NCBI GenBank assembly: GCA_963793865.1
Contig: CAWCBP010000001.1
Location: 32,001-96,000, forward strand
Length of the DNA stretch: 64,000 nucleotides
Origin: an uncultured delta proteobacterium
GTDB taxonomy: Bacteria > Desulfobacterota > WTBG01
Direction: 5' to 3'
Shown: positions 20,722 through 32,067 of the stretch, piece by piece
How positions within the stretch are numbered: the stretch's first letter is position 1
Layout of the letters: every line of letters begins with the position of its first letter
Program-made: the position numbers and the translations under genes
The notes under the pieces: model-generated
Database searches by the model: none
The model's input: only the letters and a program-made list of their open reading frames with translations
What the model was told of the DNA's origin: nothing

Positions 20722-22803
20722 ATGTTTGGATACGCGGGAAAAATATTGCGGCTGAACCTGACCAGTAGAAGCATATCAACCATACCCACCCGAAAATATG
20801 TTCAGTGGGGCGGCGGGCACGGCATGGGCTCGGCGATTTTCTTCGATCTGGTGAAGGACAAAACCATAGGCGCGTTTGATCCCGCCAATGTGGTGACGGT
20901 GATGACCTCTCCCCTGTCGGGCACCATGGTACCCGGGTGCTCTTCACGGACCGAAATTCAGGGAATCGGATCCCAGTCCTACCCGGTGGAGTGGTTCACC
21001 AGAAGCGGTCTCGGCGGCCGCTTTTCCTCGATGCTCAAATTCGCCGGCTGGGACGGCGTTGTAATCGAAGGCGCCGCGGACACACCGGTCTGGGCGGATA
21101 TCAGGGATGATGCCGTAACCATACGCGACTGCAATGATTTATCACTGTGGGGCATGGATACCTTTGAGTGCCAGCAGGCCATATGGGACTATGTTGCCGG
21201 CAGCAGACGATACGAAGAGTGGATAACCCCCCATGCGGATGGCGACGCACGCAGCACCCAGCGTCCTGCGGTGCTGGTGATCGGCCCCGCGGGGGAGCAT
21301 TTAAGCAGGCTGGCTGTCATTCAGCATGACGCGTCCAATACCTCCGGGCAGGGAGGGTTCGGCGCGGTGTGGGGATCCAAGAACCTGAAGGCCGTCAGCG
21401 TTATCGGGACCGGCAGCGTTAAAATTTTCAACCCCGACGCGCTGATGCGGAAAAGGATTGCCCAGGTAAAACAGTATGCGTATGATTTTGATAACCCCAG
21501 GGACGCGCTTACCCCGAACCTGTTTCAAAGTCCTCCCGGTGCGGCGGTGACCTGGGAGACTTTCCCTAATTTTATGCAGAGCAGTGGCAAGAGGCCCCAA
21601 GCATGTGTGGGTTGTCATTCAGGATGTCGCAGGCGCTATGAAAGCGGCATGGGGAATGAGGCATCGTGTTCTGAGACCACGATTTACCTGTCGGCCAAGT
21701 CTCCGGAGATACTCTGGAAAACAACGGATCTCTTGAACAGGTACGGCATCAACTGCCTTGAAGCCTTTGGCTGTTATTCCTATCTCATGAAGCTCAATCA
21801 GAGGGGCCTGCTCGGTCCGGGGAAGCGGATTGACTGCCCGCTCGATTTTGATGCTTTTGGCAGCCTCGAGTTCATGGATCAGCTCTTGAAGATGATAGCC
21901 TATAGAAGCGACGGAAACGGCAGCCCCGGTGAGTTCGGCAACGATATTGCGGAAGGCATTGTCAGGGCGGCACACAAGTGGGGAACATTGGAGGACAGTC
22001 TTCAAACCGGCGAGCTTGAATATCCTTACTGGGGATATCTCAATCATTTTGACCCGAGAATCCAGCCTGAATGGGGATACGGCACCATTCTGGACAGCAG
22101 GGATATCAATGAGCACGATTTCATGAGGCTGTATGTTTTCATGAAACCCGACTTTTATAAGGGGTTGCAACCATTGTCGCCCGGGGAAGTTGTCACCATT
22201 ATCACCGGTAAAATGGTGCCCTATCAGAACGATCCCCTCATGCTTGACTATGGCACCGACAACATGTATTCCCTGCACATGGCCAGGCTGGTGTCGTGGC
22301 ACCGGTACTATACACGGTTCTGGAAACAGTCGATGCTGCTCTGTGACAACCGCTGGCCCGACTTTGTCAACTCCTACGCGCCTGATATGATCGGCTCAAC
22401 CGGCAAAGCCGAACCGGGATTCGTGAGGGCGGTTACCGGCAGAACTATCTCCTTTCTCAAGGGAATACAGCTGGGAAGGAAAATATGGAATCTTGACCAC
22501 GCCATCTGGACGCTGCAGGGACGCCACCGGGACATGGTGCAGTTTGCGGACTATATCTACAGCATACCCAACGAGAGGAAGGACAAGAGCTGGACCATGT
22601 ATAAAGACGGTGAGTGGAACGCATCCGGGGTTGAGCCCCGGGTGGTGGACAGGCAAAAATTTGAAGCATTTAAAACCACGTTTTATGAGCTGCAGGGATG
22701 GGATCCCGCCACCGGCTATCCCCGGAGAAGCACGCTTGATGCTCTGGGATTGGGGTATGTTGCGGATGAGCTGGAAGATAATGATACGCTGGGGGAGGGG
22801 TAG
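20722..22803 (+). CDS. Aldehyde:ferredoxin oxidoreductase family tungsto-/molybdo-enzyme
   Basis: MFGYAGKILRLNL, LKFAGWDG, IGPAGE, GAVWGSKNLKA, CVGCHSGC and FYELQGWD..TGYP...TL..LGL. Confidence 0.92.
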   Translation: MFGYAGKILRLNLTSRSISTIPTRKYVQWGGGHGMGSAIFFDLVKDKTIGAFDPANVVTVMTSPLSGTMVPGCSSRTEIQGIGSQSYPVEWFTRSGLGGRFSSMLKFAGWDGVVIEGAADTPVWADIRDDAVTIRDCNDLSLWGMDTFECQQAIWDYVAGSRRYEEWITPHADGDARSTQRPAVLVIGPAGEHLSRLAVIQHDASNTSGQGGFGAVWGSKNLKAVSVIGTGSVKIFNPDALMRKRIAQVKQYAYDFDNPRDALTPNLFQSPPGAAVTWETFPNFMQSSGKRPQACVGCHSGCRRRYESGMGNEASCSETTIYLSAKSPEILWKTTDLLNRYGINCLEAFGCYSYLMKLNQRGLLGPGKRIDCPLDFDAFGSLEFMDQLLKMIAYRSDGNGSPGEFGNDIAEGIVRAAHKWGTLEDSLQTGELEYPYWGYLNHFDPRIQPEWGYGTILDSRDINEHDFMRLYVFMKPDFYKGLQPLSPGEVVTIITGKMVPYQNDPLMLDYGTDNMYSLHMARLVSWHRYYTRFWKQSMLLCDNRWPDFVNSYAPDMIGSTGKAEPGFVRAVTGRTISFLKGIQLGRKIWNLDHAIWTLQGRHRDMVQFADYIYSIPNERKDKSWTMYKDGEWNASGVEPRVVDRQKFEAFKTTFYELQGWDPATGYPRRSTLDALGLGYVADELEDNDTLGEG

Positions 22804-22838
22804 TGCCCCCCGCCTCTTGAAACCGGACTAAGGAAGAT

Positions 22839-24635
22839 ATGCTGCACATCAGGAATTTTAGCATTATTGCCCACATCGATCACGGAAAGTCGACCCTTGC
22901 CGACCGCCTCATTCAATACGCCGGTCTGGTCGACCAGCGCCAGTTTCGGGACCAGATCCTGGACAACATGGACATTGAGCGGGAGCGGGGCATCACCATC
23001 AAGAGCCAGAGCGTGAGCCTTCCCTATACCAGCAGGAAGGGCGAGCAGTTTGAGCTCAACCTGATTGATACCCCGGGGCACGTGGACTTTTCCTATGAAG
23101 TTTCGCGCGCGCTTGCCTCCTGCGAGGGGGTGCTGCTGCTGGTGGATGCGGCCCAGGGAGTGGAGGCGCAGACGGTCGCCAACCTCTATGCGGCACTGGA
23201 GCACGATCTCGAGATCATTCCGGTGATCAACAAGATTGACCTGCCCTCGGCGGATATAGAGCGCGTCAAGGAGGAAATAGAAGCCGAACTGGGGCTGGAT
23301 GTGTCGGGGGTGCTGCTCTGTTCCGCCAAGGAGGGAACGGGCATAGAGGATATCCTGGAGGCCATAACCGAACGCATACCTCCCCCCCGGGGAATCGTTC
23401 AGGAGCCGCTTGCCGCGCTCATCTATGATGCACACTACGACACCTTTCGCGGCACCATTGTGAGCTGCAGGGTTTTTAACGGCAGCGTGAAGCCGGGCGA
23501 TGTCATCCGGCTCATGTCAAACGGATCAACCTACACCGTTGAGGAGGTGGGCTATTTCCGGCTGGTGCGGATTCCGCAAAAAGAGCTGGTCGCGGGTGAG
23601 GTGGGCTACATAATCGCCGGCATCAAGACGGTGAGCGATACCCGGATCGGCGATACCATAACCCTGAATGAGAACCCGGTGCCCACGGTGCTTCCCGGAT
23701 TCAAGGAGGTAAAGCCCATGGTCTTTTCCTCCCTCTATCCCATCGCTACCGAAGACTACTCCCTGCTCACCCAGGCGCTTGAAAAGTACAAGTTAAATGA
23801 CGCGGCGCTTACCTACCAGAAGGATTCCTCCGCGGCGCTCGGCCACGGTTTCCGCTGCGGCTTTCTCGGCCTGCTTCACCTGGAAATCGTCCAGGAGCGG
23901 CTTGAGCGGGAATACGACCAGGCCATCATCATGACCATCCCCAGCGTCCAGTATCGGTTCCTGCTCAGGAGCGGGGAATACCTGACGGTCGACAATCCCC
24001 ACTATTATCCAGATCCCTCATCGATAGAGAAATCAGAGGAGCCCTATGTGCGGGCAAACATCTACATCCCGCAGCGCTCCATGGGCGCGGTGATAAACCT
24101 CTGCCTGGAGCGGCGGGGGGTGAACACCCAGTTTACCTATCCCACTCCCCAGCGCATTGAGGTCACCGCCGAGATGCCTATTGCGGAGATCATCTACGAT
24201 TTCTACGACAAGCTGAAAACGGTCACCCAGGGGTACGGCTCCTTTGATTACGAGTTCATCGGCTACCGCGAGAGCGATCTGGTCAAGCTTGATATCCTGG
24301 TGAACGGAGAGCGGATTGACGCCCTTTCCATGATGATACACCGTGAGCGCTCCCGCTCCCGAGCGCTGGATATATGCGAGCGCTTAAAGGAAGAGATCCC
24401 CCGCCAGCTCTTCAAAATTGCCATCCAGGGGGCCATCGGGGGGCAGATCATAGCCCGCTCAACCATATCCCCCTTCCGTAAGGATGTGACCGCCAAGTGC
24501 TACGGCGGCGACATCACCCGCAAGCGCAAGCTTCTGGAAAAGCAGAAGGCGGGGAAGAAGCGCATGAAAATGGTGGGATCGGTTGAGATCCCCCAATCCG
24601 CCTTTGTGGCCGTGCTCAAATCAAAAAATGAATAG
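22839..24635 (+). CDS. lepA: Translation elongation factor 4
   Basis: [20 protein letters not shown] and [18 protein letters not shown]. Confidence 0.98.
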   Translation: MLHIRNFSIIAHIDHGKSTLADRLIQYAGLVDQRQFRDQILDNMDIERERGITIKSQSVSLPYTSRKGEQFELNLIDTPGHVDFSYEVSRALASCEGVLLLVDAAQGVEAQTVANLYAALEHDLEIIPVINKIDLPSADIERVKEEIEAELGLDVSGVLLCSAKEGTGIEDILEAITERIPPPRGIVQEPLAALIYDAHYDTFRGTIVSCRVFNGSVKPGDVIRLMSNGSTYTVEEVGYFRLVRIPQKELVAGEVGYIIAGIKTVSDTRIGDTITLNENPVPTVLPGFKEVKPMVFSSLYPIATEDYSLLTQALEKYKLNDAALTYQKDSSAALGHGFRCGFLGLLHLEIVQERLEREYDQAIIMTIPSVQYRFLLRSGEYLTVDNPHYYPDPSSIEKSEEPYVRANIYIPQRSMGAVINLCLERRGVNTQFTYPTPQRIEVTAEMPIAEIIYDFYDKLKTVTQGYGSFDYEFIGYRESDLVKLDILVNGERIDALSMMIHRERSRSRALDICERLKEEIPRQLFKIAIQGAIGGQIIARSTISPFRKDVTAKCYGGDITRKRKLLEKQKAGKKRMKMVGSVEIPQSAFVAVLKSKNE

Positions 24636-25746
24636 CCGACAACATCCCGGGATCTATGTCCACGTTCCCTTCTGTGTGAGCAAGTGCATCCACTGCGACT
24701 TTTACTCCGAGGCCGGCCTGTCCATGGTTCCGGCGTGGCTGAAAGGACTCGGGCAGGAGATGCTGCTCTACCGCGATTGCTTCCCCGCCTTTGATACCCT
24801 GTACGTCGGGGGAGGCACCCCGACGGTGCTTGAGGATGCGCAGCTCCGGCAGCTCTTCCATATGCTCTACAGCTCTTTGGACGTGGCTGAGGATAGTGAG
24901 ATAACCGTAGAAGCAAACCCCAATGATGTAACGGCTGAAAAGCTGGGCATGCTGCGGGAGTGCGGAGTAAACCGCGTCAGCCTGGGAGTGCAGTCCTTCG
25001 ATGACCGGGACCTTTTGTTTCTCAAAAGGCGGCACACGGCACGTCAGGCGGAGCAGGCCCTGGAGCTGATTAAAAGCTGCGGCATTTCCAGCCTGAGCGT
25101 TGATCTCATCTACGGCATTCCCGGGCAGACAGTGGACGGATGGATGGAAACCCTTGAGCGTGCCGTTGCCTTCAAACCCGGGCATCTTTCCTGTTATCAG
25201 CTGACGGTTGCCGGGGGGACGGTGCTTTGTGAAATGCAGAAGCGGGGAATAACCCACCTGCCCGCTGAAGCAGAAGGAGAAAGCCTCTTTCTGGCCACCG
25301 CGCAATACCTGGAGAAGGCCGGGTACCTGCACTACGAAATTTCAAACTATGCCCGGGGAGAGAAGAACGTTTCCCGGCATAATCAGAAGTACTGGCAGCA
25401 CGTACCCTACCTGGGACTCGGTCCGGCCGCCCATTCGTTCCGGGAGGGCAAACGCTGGTGGAACTGCCGGTCGGTCGCGGAATACTGCGGCGCGCTGGAA
25501 AAGGGTATTGCACCGGTGAGCGGTAAAGAGGTATTAACCCCTGAGCAGCTTGAACTTGAAGCCCTCTATCTGGGGTTGAGAACCACGCGCGGTGTTGATG
25601 CAGCGCTTATGTTCTCAGGCGGCAGGCGCCGGGTGCTTCTTGCGGAACTTCTCCGCGATGACTATGTGAAAATTCAGGGTCAGCACGTGGTGCCCACCAC
25701 AAGGGGCTTTCTGGTTGCCGACCGCCTGGCCGCAGTATTAAGCTAA
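24628..25746 (+). CDS. hemW: Radical SAM heme chaperone HemW
   Basis: [27 protein letters not shown] and HNQKYW; overlaps the end of lepA. Confidence 0.92.
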   Translation: MNSRQHPGIYVHVPFCVSKCIHCDFYSEAGLSMVPAWLKGLGQEMLLYRDCFPAFDTLYVGGGTPTVLEDAQLRQLFHMLYSSLDVAEDSEITVEANPNDVTAEKLGMLRECGVNRVSLGVQSFDDRDLLFLKRRHTARQAEQALELIKSCGISSLSVDLIYGIPGQTVDGWMETLERAVAFKPGHLSCYQLTVAGGTVLCEMQKRGITHLPAEAEGESLFLATAQYLEKAGYLHYEISNYARGEKNVSRHNQKYWQHVPYLGLGPAAHSFREGKRWWNCRSVAEYCGALEKGIAPVSGKEVLTPEQLELEALYLGLRTTRGVDAALMFSGGRRRVLLAELLRDDYVKIQGQHVVPTTRGFLVADRLAAVLS

Positions 25747-25772
25747 TCGTAATGCGCATGAAAGCGTTTTAT

Positions 25773-25915
25773 TCGCGACCCGAGGTCGCTCCTACCAAAG
25801 AATGTGAACCGGGGTAGGAGCAGCTTGAGCTTCGGAATTATTTGCGACCAAAGCATTGTAATACCGGTAGGAGCAGCTTTAGCTGCGATAGACTCGCGAC
25901 CGGTGTCGCTCCTGC
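25773..25915. repeat. Cluster of GTAGGAGC-type REP units
   Basis: TCGCGACCCGAGGTCGCTCCTAC, GTAGGAGCAGCTT..., and the doublet GTAGGAGCAGCTTTAGCTGCGA...TCGCGACCGGTGTCGCTCCTGC. Confidence 0.8.
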
Positions 25916-25948
25916 CAAAGCGACACATTCAAAGTAAAGGAGAAAGCC

Positions 25949-27190
25949 ATGAGCCATGACCCCATCACCATTTCCAGCAACAACCTTAAAAAGTCCCTTC
26001 CTGACGTGGCTTACAATTCACAGGAGGATTCTTTTTTTGTGTTCTGGGCCGCATCTCCGGGCGACGAAAGCGAAACCGCGGATTACTTTATTGCCGGCCA
26101 GAAACTGTCCGGAAGCGGGAAACCGCTGGGCGGGCCGATTGAGCTGGTGAAAACCGAGAACATAGCATTGAGGCCGGTGGCGCTGTACAATCCAAATAAA
26201 AATCAGTACCTGCTGATCTACTGTCTGGGGGAAGACTATATGAATCTCCGGGGGGTCTTCCTGGACACGGACGGCAGGGCGGTCGGGAAACACTTCAGGG
26301 TAACCGATGCGCCCGCGAACCAGGTGCATTACACCATGGCATTCAATTCCAGGAGGAACCAGTTTCTTATAACCTATAACGACAACCGAAACGGGCCGCA
26401 CATGGTTTTTGGCGTTATCTTTGATGACAAGGGCGGGGTGGCGAAAAAAGAGTTCGCCATCAGCAATGCCCCGGGTCATCAGATTAATCCCGTGGTGTGC
26501 TACAACCCCAGGGAGGATACGTATCTTATCAACTGGGAGGACTTCAGGGCCCACGGCGACAGCCTGACCCCGTATGGAACGCTTGAAGTGATGACCGATA
26601 TATACGGCGCGCTGCTCGCCGCGGACGGCACCGTGCTGGTTAATGACATCCCCATGTGCGCTGATGCAGGCGGCATTAATGGCGACCAGCGCTTTAACGG
26701 CATAGCCTACAACTCGAAAAAGAATGAATTTCTAACCAGCTGGACCGACAGCCGCGAAGGTATACACAACGTGGGGATTGTGGGCAGAATAGTTAAGACG
26801 GACGGCTCCATGCCGGCGAAGGATTTTATCCTGGTTGATGCGCCCGGCGCTCAGATGATAAGCCATTCCGCCTATCTGCCGCAGCAGGACAAATATTTTC
26901 TTGCCTTTGAGTACTCCCGGAATGAGCTGGACAAGTTTTACTTTAAGGACATTAAGGCCCGGCTGGACATTGGGGCGCGGTGGCTTGGCGCCGACGGGCG
27001 GCCTGAGAATGATATGATTGATATCTGCAGCAGCGAGGGGAACCAGCGCTTTGTGCGCTTTGCCCATAACGCCGCAGGGGACACTTTTTTACTGGTCTGG
27101 CAGGATGATTTTCCCGGCGTGTCCGATTCAGTAGAGGGCCATATCATGAGCGCCGGCGGCAATATTATGGGCAGGCTGTATAAATTTTAA
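25949..27190 (+). CDS. Hypothetical protein with seven internal repeats (probable beta-propeller)
   Basis: Repeats of form P/x-x-x-Y/F-N-x4-Y/F-L-x-x-W; AGGAG RBS. Confidence 0.75.
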   Translation: MSHDPITISSNNLKKSLPDVAYNSQEDSFFVFWAASPGDESETADYFIAGQKLSGSGKPLGGPIELVKTENIALRPVALYNPNKNQYLLIYCLGEDYMNLRGVFLDTDGRAVGKHFRVTDAPANQVHYTMAFNSRRNQFLITYNDNRNGPHMVFGVIFDDKGGVAKKEFAISNAPGHQINPVVCYNPREDTYLINWEDFRAHGDSLTPYGTLEVMTDIYGALLAADGTVLVNDIPMCADAGGINGDQRFNGIAYNSKKNEFLTSWTDSREGIHNVGIVGRIVKTDGSMPAKDFILVDAPGAQMISHSAYLPQQDKYFLAFEYSRNELDKFYFKDIKARLDIGARWLGADGRPENDMIDICSSEGNQRFVRFAHNAAGDTFLLVWQDDFPGVSDSVEGHIMSAGGNIMGRLYKF

Positions 27191-27267
27191 TCGTTCCATG
27201 GATTGGCTTTCATCCCGCCTTCTTCTTGTCGTGTCCATGAAAGCGGAGATGCACGTCTTATTAACAC

Positions 27268-27295
27268 GTAGGGGCGACCGGCCGGTCGCCCCTAC
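27268..27295. repeat. 28-bp perfect GTAG palindrome
   Basis: Identical to 14536-14563. Confidence 0.9.
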
Positions 27296-27354
27296 AAGTA
27301 AGTTTTTATTTTCGCGTTAAACCCCCATGCCCCACAGGTGCACTGCGCGTCAGA

Positions 27355-28857
27355 TTACTTTTCGGGGGTGATAATCACAAATTGTGAATAATTGTCCCTT
27401 TTGACCAGAAGCAGTATCTTGCTGCCGCTTTTCCTCTTCTTCAGCGCATTGCTATAATTTTCCAGATCTCGTACCGGCTCGCGATTTACCTCTAAAATGA
27501 GGTCCCCTTCTCTTAAACCTGCCGCGTCGGCGGGACTCCCGGGCGCAACCCGGGTGACTACCACCCCTGTCTTATCGGTCATGTTATAGGCCCGGGCCAT
27601 TGCCGCGGTCAGCGTGTTCACTTCCATCCCCAATCCTTCTTCAGACCCGGCATCAGCGGAGGCATAGGTCTTCGCTTCCTTCAGTTCCTCAATGGTAACC
27701 TTCCTGTTCAGCTTTTTATCCCCTCGCATAATGGCAACTTCCACCTTTTTGCCGATCGGCGTCTGGGCCACAAGCAATGGCAGTTCGTTCATCTCTGTAA
27801 TGTCCTTCCCGTCAAAACTGAGAATGATATCTCCTTTTTCAATTCCTGCCCGTGCTGCCGGACCATTTGCATCAACATCTGCCACCAGCGCTCCTTTACC
27901 CTTCTCTATATTAAAGGACTCCGCCAGATCGGCCGTCATAGCCTGCACTACCACACCCAGCCATCCTCTCACCACTTTGCCCTTGTCCTTCAGCTGGCCG
28001 ACAACGCTCCTGGCCAGATTTATGGGGACGGCAAAACCGATTCCTATGTTGCCGCCGCTGGTGGAAAAAATGGCGCTGTTCACGCCCACCACCTCACCCC
28101 GCGTATTGAAGAGCGGGCCTCCGCTGTTGCCCTGGTTGATGGCAGCGTCAGTCTGGATGAAGTCCTCATAGGGGCCCATGCCGAGCTTCCTCCATTTCGC
28201 GCTCACCACCCCGACGGTTACCGTTTGATCCAGGCCGAATGGGTTGCCGATCGCCATTACCCATTCTCCCACCTTCAGTGCATCCGAATCACCCAGCACG
28301 GCTACCGGCAGGTCTTTATCGGGTTCTATTTTGATCAGGGCAATGTCGGTTTTACCGTCTCTTCCGATTATTTTTGCGTCGTACTCTTCCTTGTCGGAGA
28401 GACGCACCTTGATTTCGTCAGCTCCCTCAATTACATGATTGTTGGTGATGATGTAGCCTTCCTTGTCCATGATGAAGCCGGATCCCAGGCTGGTTAACTT
28501 CTGTTCCCGCTGCGGCATGCGCCCCCCGAAAAACCGCTCCGAAAACTCATCACCAAAAAAATCCCTGAAGGGTCCCTCTCTGAAAGGCTGCATAAACGGA
28601 CCCTGCCTTCCTTTGACTATTTTAGTGGTGCTGATGTTGACCGCCACCGGCATCAGTTTTTCCGCCAGATCGGCAAACGATTGAGACGCCCCGGTGATCA
28701 TGGGTTGACTGCTGTTGCCTGCCTCATTGTCGAAGGCCTGCAGGCAGGATGAGATTTTGAGGCTTGAAGATACCAGGATGCCGATGGCAAATGAAATGAG
28801 GGCCACTCCGGTTATTATAGGTAACGCCCTGTTTTTGCCTTTCAGTTTTATGCCCAT
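27355..28857 (-). CDS. degQ: DegQ/DegP (Do) serine endoprotease with two PDZ domains
   Basis: GSGFI, TNNHV, DIALIK and IQTDAAINQGNSGGPL; N-terminal hydrophobic anchor; GAGGAGG RBS. Confidence 0.93.
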   Translation of the reverse strand: MGIKLKGKNRALPIITGVALISFAIGILVSSSLKISSCLQAFDNEAGNSSQPMITGASQSFADLAEKLMPVAVNISTTKIVKGRQGPFMQPFREGPFRDFFGDEFSERFFGGRMPQREQKLTSLGSGFIMDKEGYIITNNHVIEGADEIKVRLSDKEEYDAKIIGRDGKTDIALIKIEPDKDLPVAVLGDSDALKVGEWVMAIGNPFGLDQTVTVGVVSAKWRKLGMGPYEDFIQTDAAINQGNSGGPLFNTRGEVVGVNSAIFSTSGGNIGIGFAVPINLARSVVGQLKDKGKVVRGWLGVVVQAMTADLAESFNIEKGKGALVADVDANGPAARAGIEKGDIILSFDGKDITEMNELPLLVAQTPIGKKVEVAIMRGDKKLNRKVTIEELKEAKTYASADAGSEEGLGMEVNTLTAAMARAYNMTDKTGVVVTRVAPGSPADAAGLREGDLILEVNREPVRDLENYSNALKKRKSGSKILLLVKRDNYSQFVIITPEK

Positions 28858-29031
28858 GTCGCCTCCTCTTCGCAAAAATTGTTATGCTGTCATGAAGGTT
28901 AACTTTATGCTCCTCATCCAAGAGCTGCATTTTGCTGTTATCTGTAACGCTGATAAACGAATCCCGTTCTGCTCATGGTCATTAAGCAGCGGGGTAATTT
29001 GTAACAGGATTATAATTGATTGGGTTTTACT

Positions 29032-29055
29032 AACGATTGATGAGGACTTGAGTTC
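29032..29055 (-). promoter_or_regulatory. Putative ECF-sigma promoter of degQ
   Basis: Minus strand GAAC-N16-CGTT, fitting the AAC-N16-CGT ECF consensus. htrA genes are common ECF targets. Confidence 0.35.
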
Positions 29056-29130
29056 TAAGCTATTTATAAAACATGACAGAATTGATCTGCAGGCTTTCTG
29101 CCTGGTAAAAGATACATTTTCAAAAGACTG

Positions 29131-29922
29131 CTATTCTATTATATATCTTTTTGACTCAACTTCCGCCGCCGGGTCCTGATTGTAATAGAGCTTCAGTTCA
29201 GCGTACAGCTGCGGGTGTTTCGTTTTGAGCAAAACCGGTGTTTCAAAGAAGCACTCGGTCGCGACCGCGAAAAATTCTGCGGGGCTGGTGGCGGCATAGC
29301 TGTCCAGAACCGTTTCGCGTCCCGCGGCAACATCTTTTTTCAGTGCGGCATACTCCCTCCCCAGTATCCGGCTCCAGGCGCCATACATGGAGCTCCGGGG
29401 GAGGGCTACGGAGCCGTCGGCCAGGCGCCCATCCTCAATGTCAAGCTGATGGGCAAACTCGTGATAGACAACATTATGCCCGTCCTGAGCATCGGCAGCC
29501 CCGGCCCGCACGTCATCCCAGGAAAGCACCACCGTGCCATGTGACCAGGATTCGCCCTGGCGCGGCTGAAGTCCCTCGGTAACCAACCCGGCGCTGTCCC
29601 GCTCGCGATGATGCGCAAGGTAGGTCCCGGGATAGACCAGGATAGAAACAAGCTTGGGATAGTAGTCAGTCTTTCGGTGCAAAAGCAGTACGCATGCCTG
29701 GGCTGCTATGGTTACCTTCATTTCCACGGTAACGGTAAGCCCGGCGCACCCTTCAAAATATTTTTCGGCCAGGAACACCTGAATGTGGTCGTGCAGCTCC
29801 TGCCGGTCAGCCGGTGAAAGGCGGCCGTATAACGGCAGGTTCTGCTCAAGCATCCGTGACCAATCTGCAGGAAACGGTTTTTTCCTCAGCCGCCTCCTGC
29901 GCAGCTTTTTAAAGAAAAACAT
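29131..29922 (-). CDS. mtfA: M90-family zinc peptidase (MtfA-like)
   Basis: IAAQAC, GESW, NVVYHEFAHQLD and YAATSPAEFFAVATE. Confidence 0.9.
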   Translation of the reverse strand: MFFFKKLRRRRLRKKPFPADWSRMLEQNLPLYGRLSPADRQELHDHIQVFLAEKYFEGCAGLTVTVEMKVTIAAQACVLLLHRKTDYYPKLVSILVYPGTYLAHHRERDSAGLVTEGLQPRQGESWSHGTVVLSWDDVRAGAADAQDGHNVVYHEFAHQLDIEDGRLADGSVALPRSSMYGAWSRILGREYAALKKDVAAGRETVLDSYAATSPAEFFAVATECFFETPVLLKTKHPQLYAELKLYYNQDPAAEVESKRYIIE

Positions 29923-30176
29923 AATTAGAAATGAATGCAGGTTGTTTGTGCCGCATACATAACCACTGGTCCATCATAACATTTATAACTGCTTATTTAA
30001 ATAAAATACCGGAAACAGGCGAATGGGAGCAGTATAAAAACTATTGCATAATATGGGTTTATAATAAAATCAGAGTGTGCTATGGTTTTAATTCATAGCA
30101 TCGGTCTGTTTCTGTTGGAGATACTATCGACTAGGGACGCATTATTGCCATACAAGTACTGGTGGAGGTGAGATAC

Positions 30177-31135
30177 GTGAAAATCGGTTTTGAGCTCAAG
30201 AATGGAGCAATAGTTGAGACGAGTGAGGAGTCGGCCAGCATTCTTGTGTATGCCGCCCCGAACGACAGGGAAAAACAGCAAATCATTCAGGCATTGGCTC
30301 TGGATCCCTATGACCTGGAGTCCGCCCTCGATCCGGAAGAGATATCGCGCGTTGAGTTTACTTCTGACCGCGTTTCTCTGATCTGGAAGAGGCCAAAGAG
30401 CGCATCATTCGATGAGCAATTGCGGCTTGATGTTTCATCCGTCGGACTTTTTCTGTACCAGGACAGGCTTACCGCAATTATGAATGAGAAGGCCATTCCC
30501 TTTGCAGCAAAAGAGTTTCTGGGGGCCGGTTCATCAGTTGACGTGCTTTTAGGTTCCTCCATTATACCGTTCACCACTATCTGACTCATCTCAAGATGAT
30601 CAAACAGCTCACTATCGAGCTGGAGTCCAAGATCAGTTCTTCCATGGAGAATCGCTACCTGCTCCAAATGTTCGCCCTCAGTGAGAGCCTCATCTATTAC
30701 CTTAACGATATTGAGGCCAATGGTACCGTGCTCACAAAGCTGCGCGGGTCTCTCGAGAAACTCGGACTGTCAAAGCAACGCATCGAGTCCCTTGACGATA
30801 TTATACTTGACAATCAGCAGTGTGCCCGGCAGGCGCAGATATACAGCACCGTTTTGTCAGGCCTTATGGATGCCCGGGGAACACTTATCAATAACAACAT
30901 GAATGTGCTCCTGAAAAACCTCACCCTTATCAACATCATTTTTCTTCCGCTCAATCTCATCGCCAGCATTGGGGGCATGTCTGAGTATACCATGATGATG
31001 AAAGGTATCGACTGGAAATTAGCATACTCGTTTTTTTCACTGGCCATGGTTATTATCGGATTGGGAACCTGGCTTATCATCTTTTGGACGCTGGATAAAC
31101 GGAAGTGGAAAATTAAGAAACCTCGTATCAAGTAG
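30177..31135 (+). CDS. corA: CorA-family Mg2+ transporter, frameshift near 30550
   Basis: SALDPEEISRVE, NNNMN..LK.LT..., IFLPLNLIASIGGMSE; GGAGGT RBS before GTG. Confidence 0.85.
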
Positions 31136-31451
31136 TTTCCCATAAGGCATAAATGCATTGAGCGTTTTGAGGTTCCATGATGGCTCAAAACCGCCTGCTT
31201 CTTGCGCCTTCGGCAAACCATTGTTTGTCTAACCAGCATGCTCTTTGGCCGTTTTAGAAAATGAAATAAATTTAATGCAACTTTAATATTCAATTAATCC
31301 TGCTGTAGTAGTAATGAGGTTATCCAGAATGGGTAACCTCTTTTTTTTACGGACGTCCGGGAACAACGAATCTTTCAATGGAAAATTGCCGGTGATTGCG
31401 GGTAAAGAGTGGCAATCCATTGCATGGTAACATGCAGGAGGAAAACAAATT

Positions 31452-32067
31452 ATGAAAACTGCTATCAAGAAAATTGCCGTAGGGTGGGGCAGGGCGCTTT
31501 TTAAAGTTCGCAGCTACACGCCCATTCCCGTCATTCTGGTTATGCTGTTTTGCTTTCACTGGGAGTGGGAAAATACCATCCTGACATGGTCGTGCGGGTT
31601 GGTGTTGCTGGCGTGCGGGGAGGGGCTTCGGCTCTGGTCTCTTCGCTATATCGGGAAATTTTCCCGCACCAGGAAGCGGAAGGCGAGAATGCTGGTTACG
31701 GCCGGCCCTTATGCGGTTGTGCGGAATCCCCTCTATTGGGGTAACTTGCTCATACTGTCAGGATTCGCGGTGATGAGTGAGCTTGTCTGGCTTATACCGG
31801 TCATAATCATCCTCTTTTTTATCCAGTACCAGTGCATCGTGCTCTGGGAGGAGGATTGTTTAAGAGAATTTTTCCCTTCCGAGGCTGAGGCTTATTTCCG
31901 CGAGAGTTCCGCGATGGGTGCCGAAATGGCGGGGGTTGATGAAGTATCTCCGGCATATCCCGCTGCCCTACTATGACTGGTCAAATGTGATTAAAAGAGA
32001 GCAAAGCACCCTGCAGGGACTGGTTATGGGATGCATAGCCATGATCATGAAGGAATATCTCTCCTGA
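31452..32067 (+). CDS. Isoprenylcysteine carboxyl methyltransferase family protein, frameshift near 31902
   Basis: LVTAGPYAVVRNPLYWG and EE. The expected RVPRWVP tail continues in another frame to TGA at 32067. Confidence 0.85.

Noticed and set aside
25773..25915. CRISPR array in the REP clusters (also 49273-49556)
   Set aside because: Units are inverted and variable, with no regular repeat-spacer period and no cas genes.
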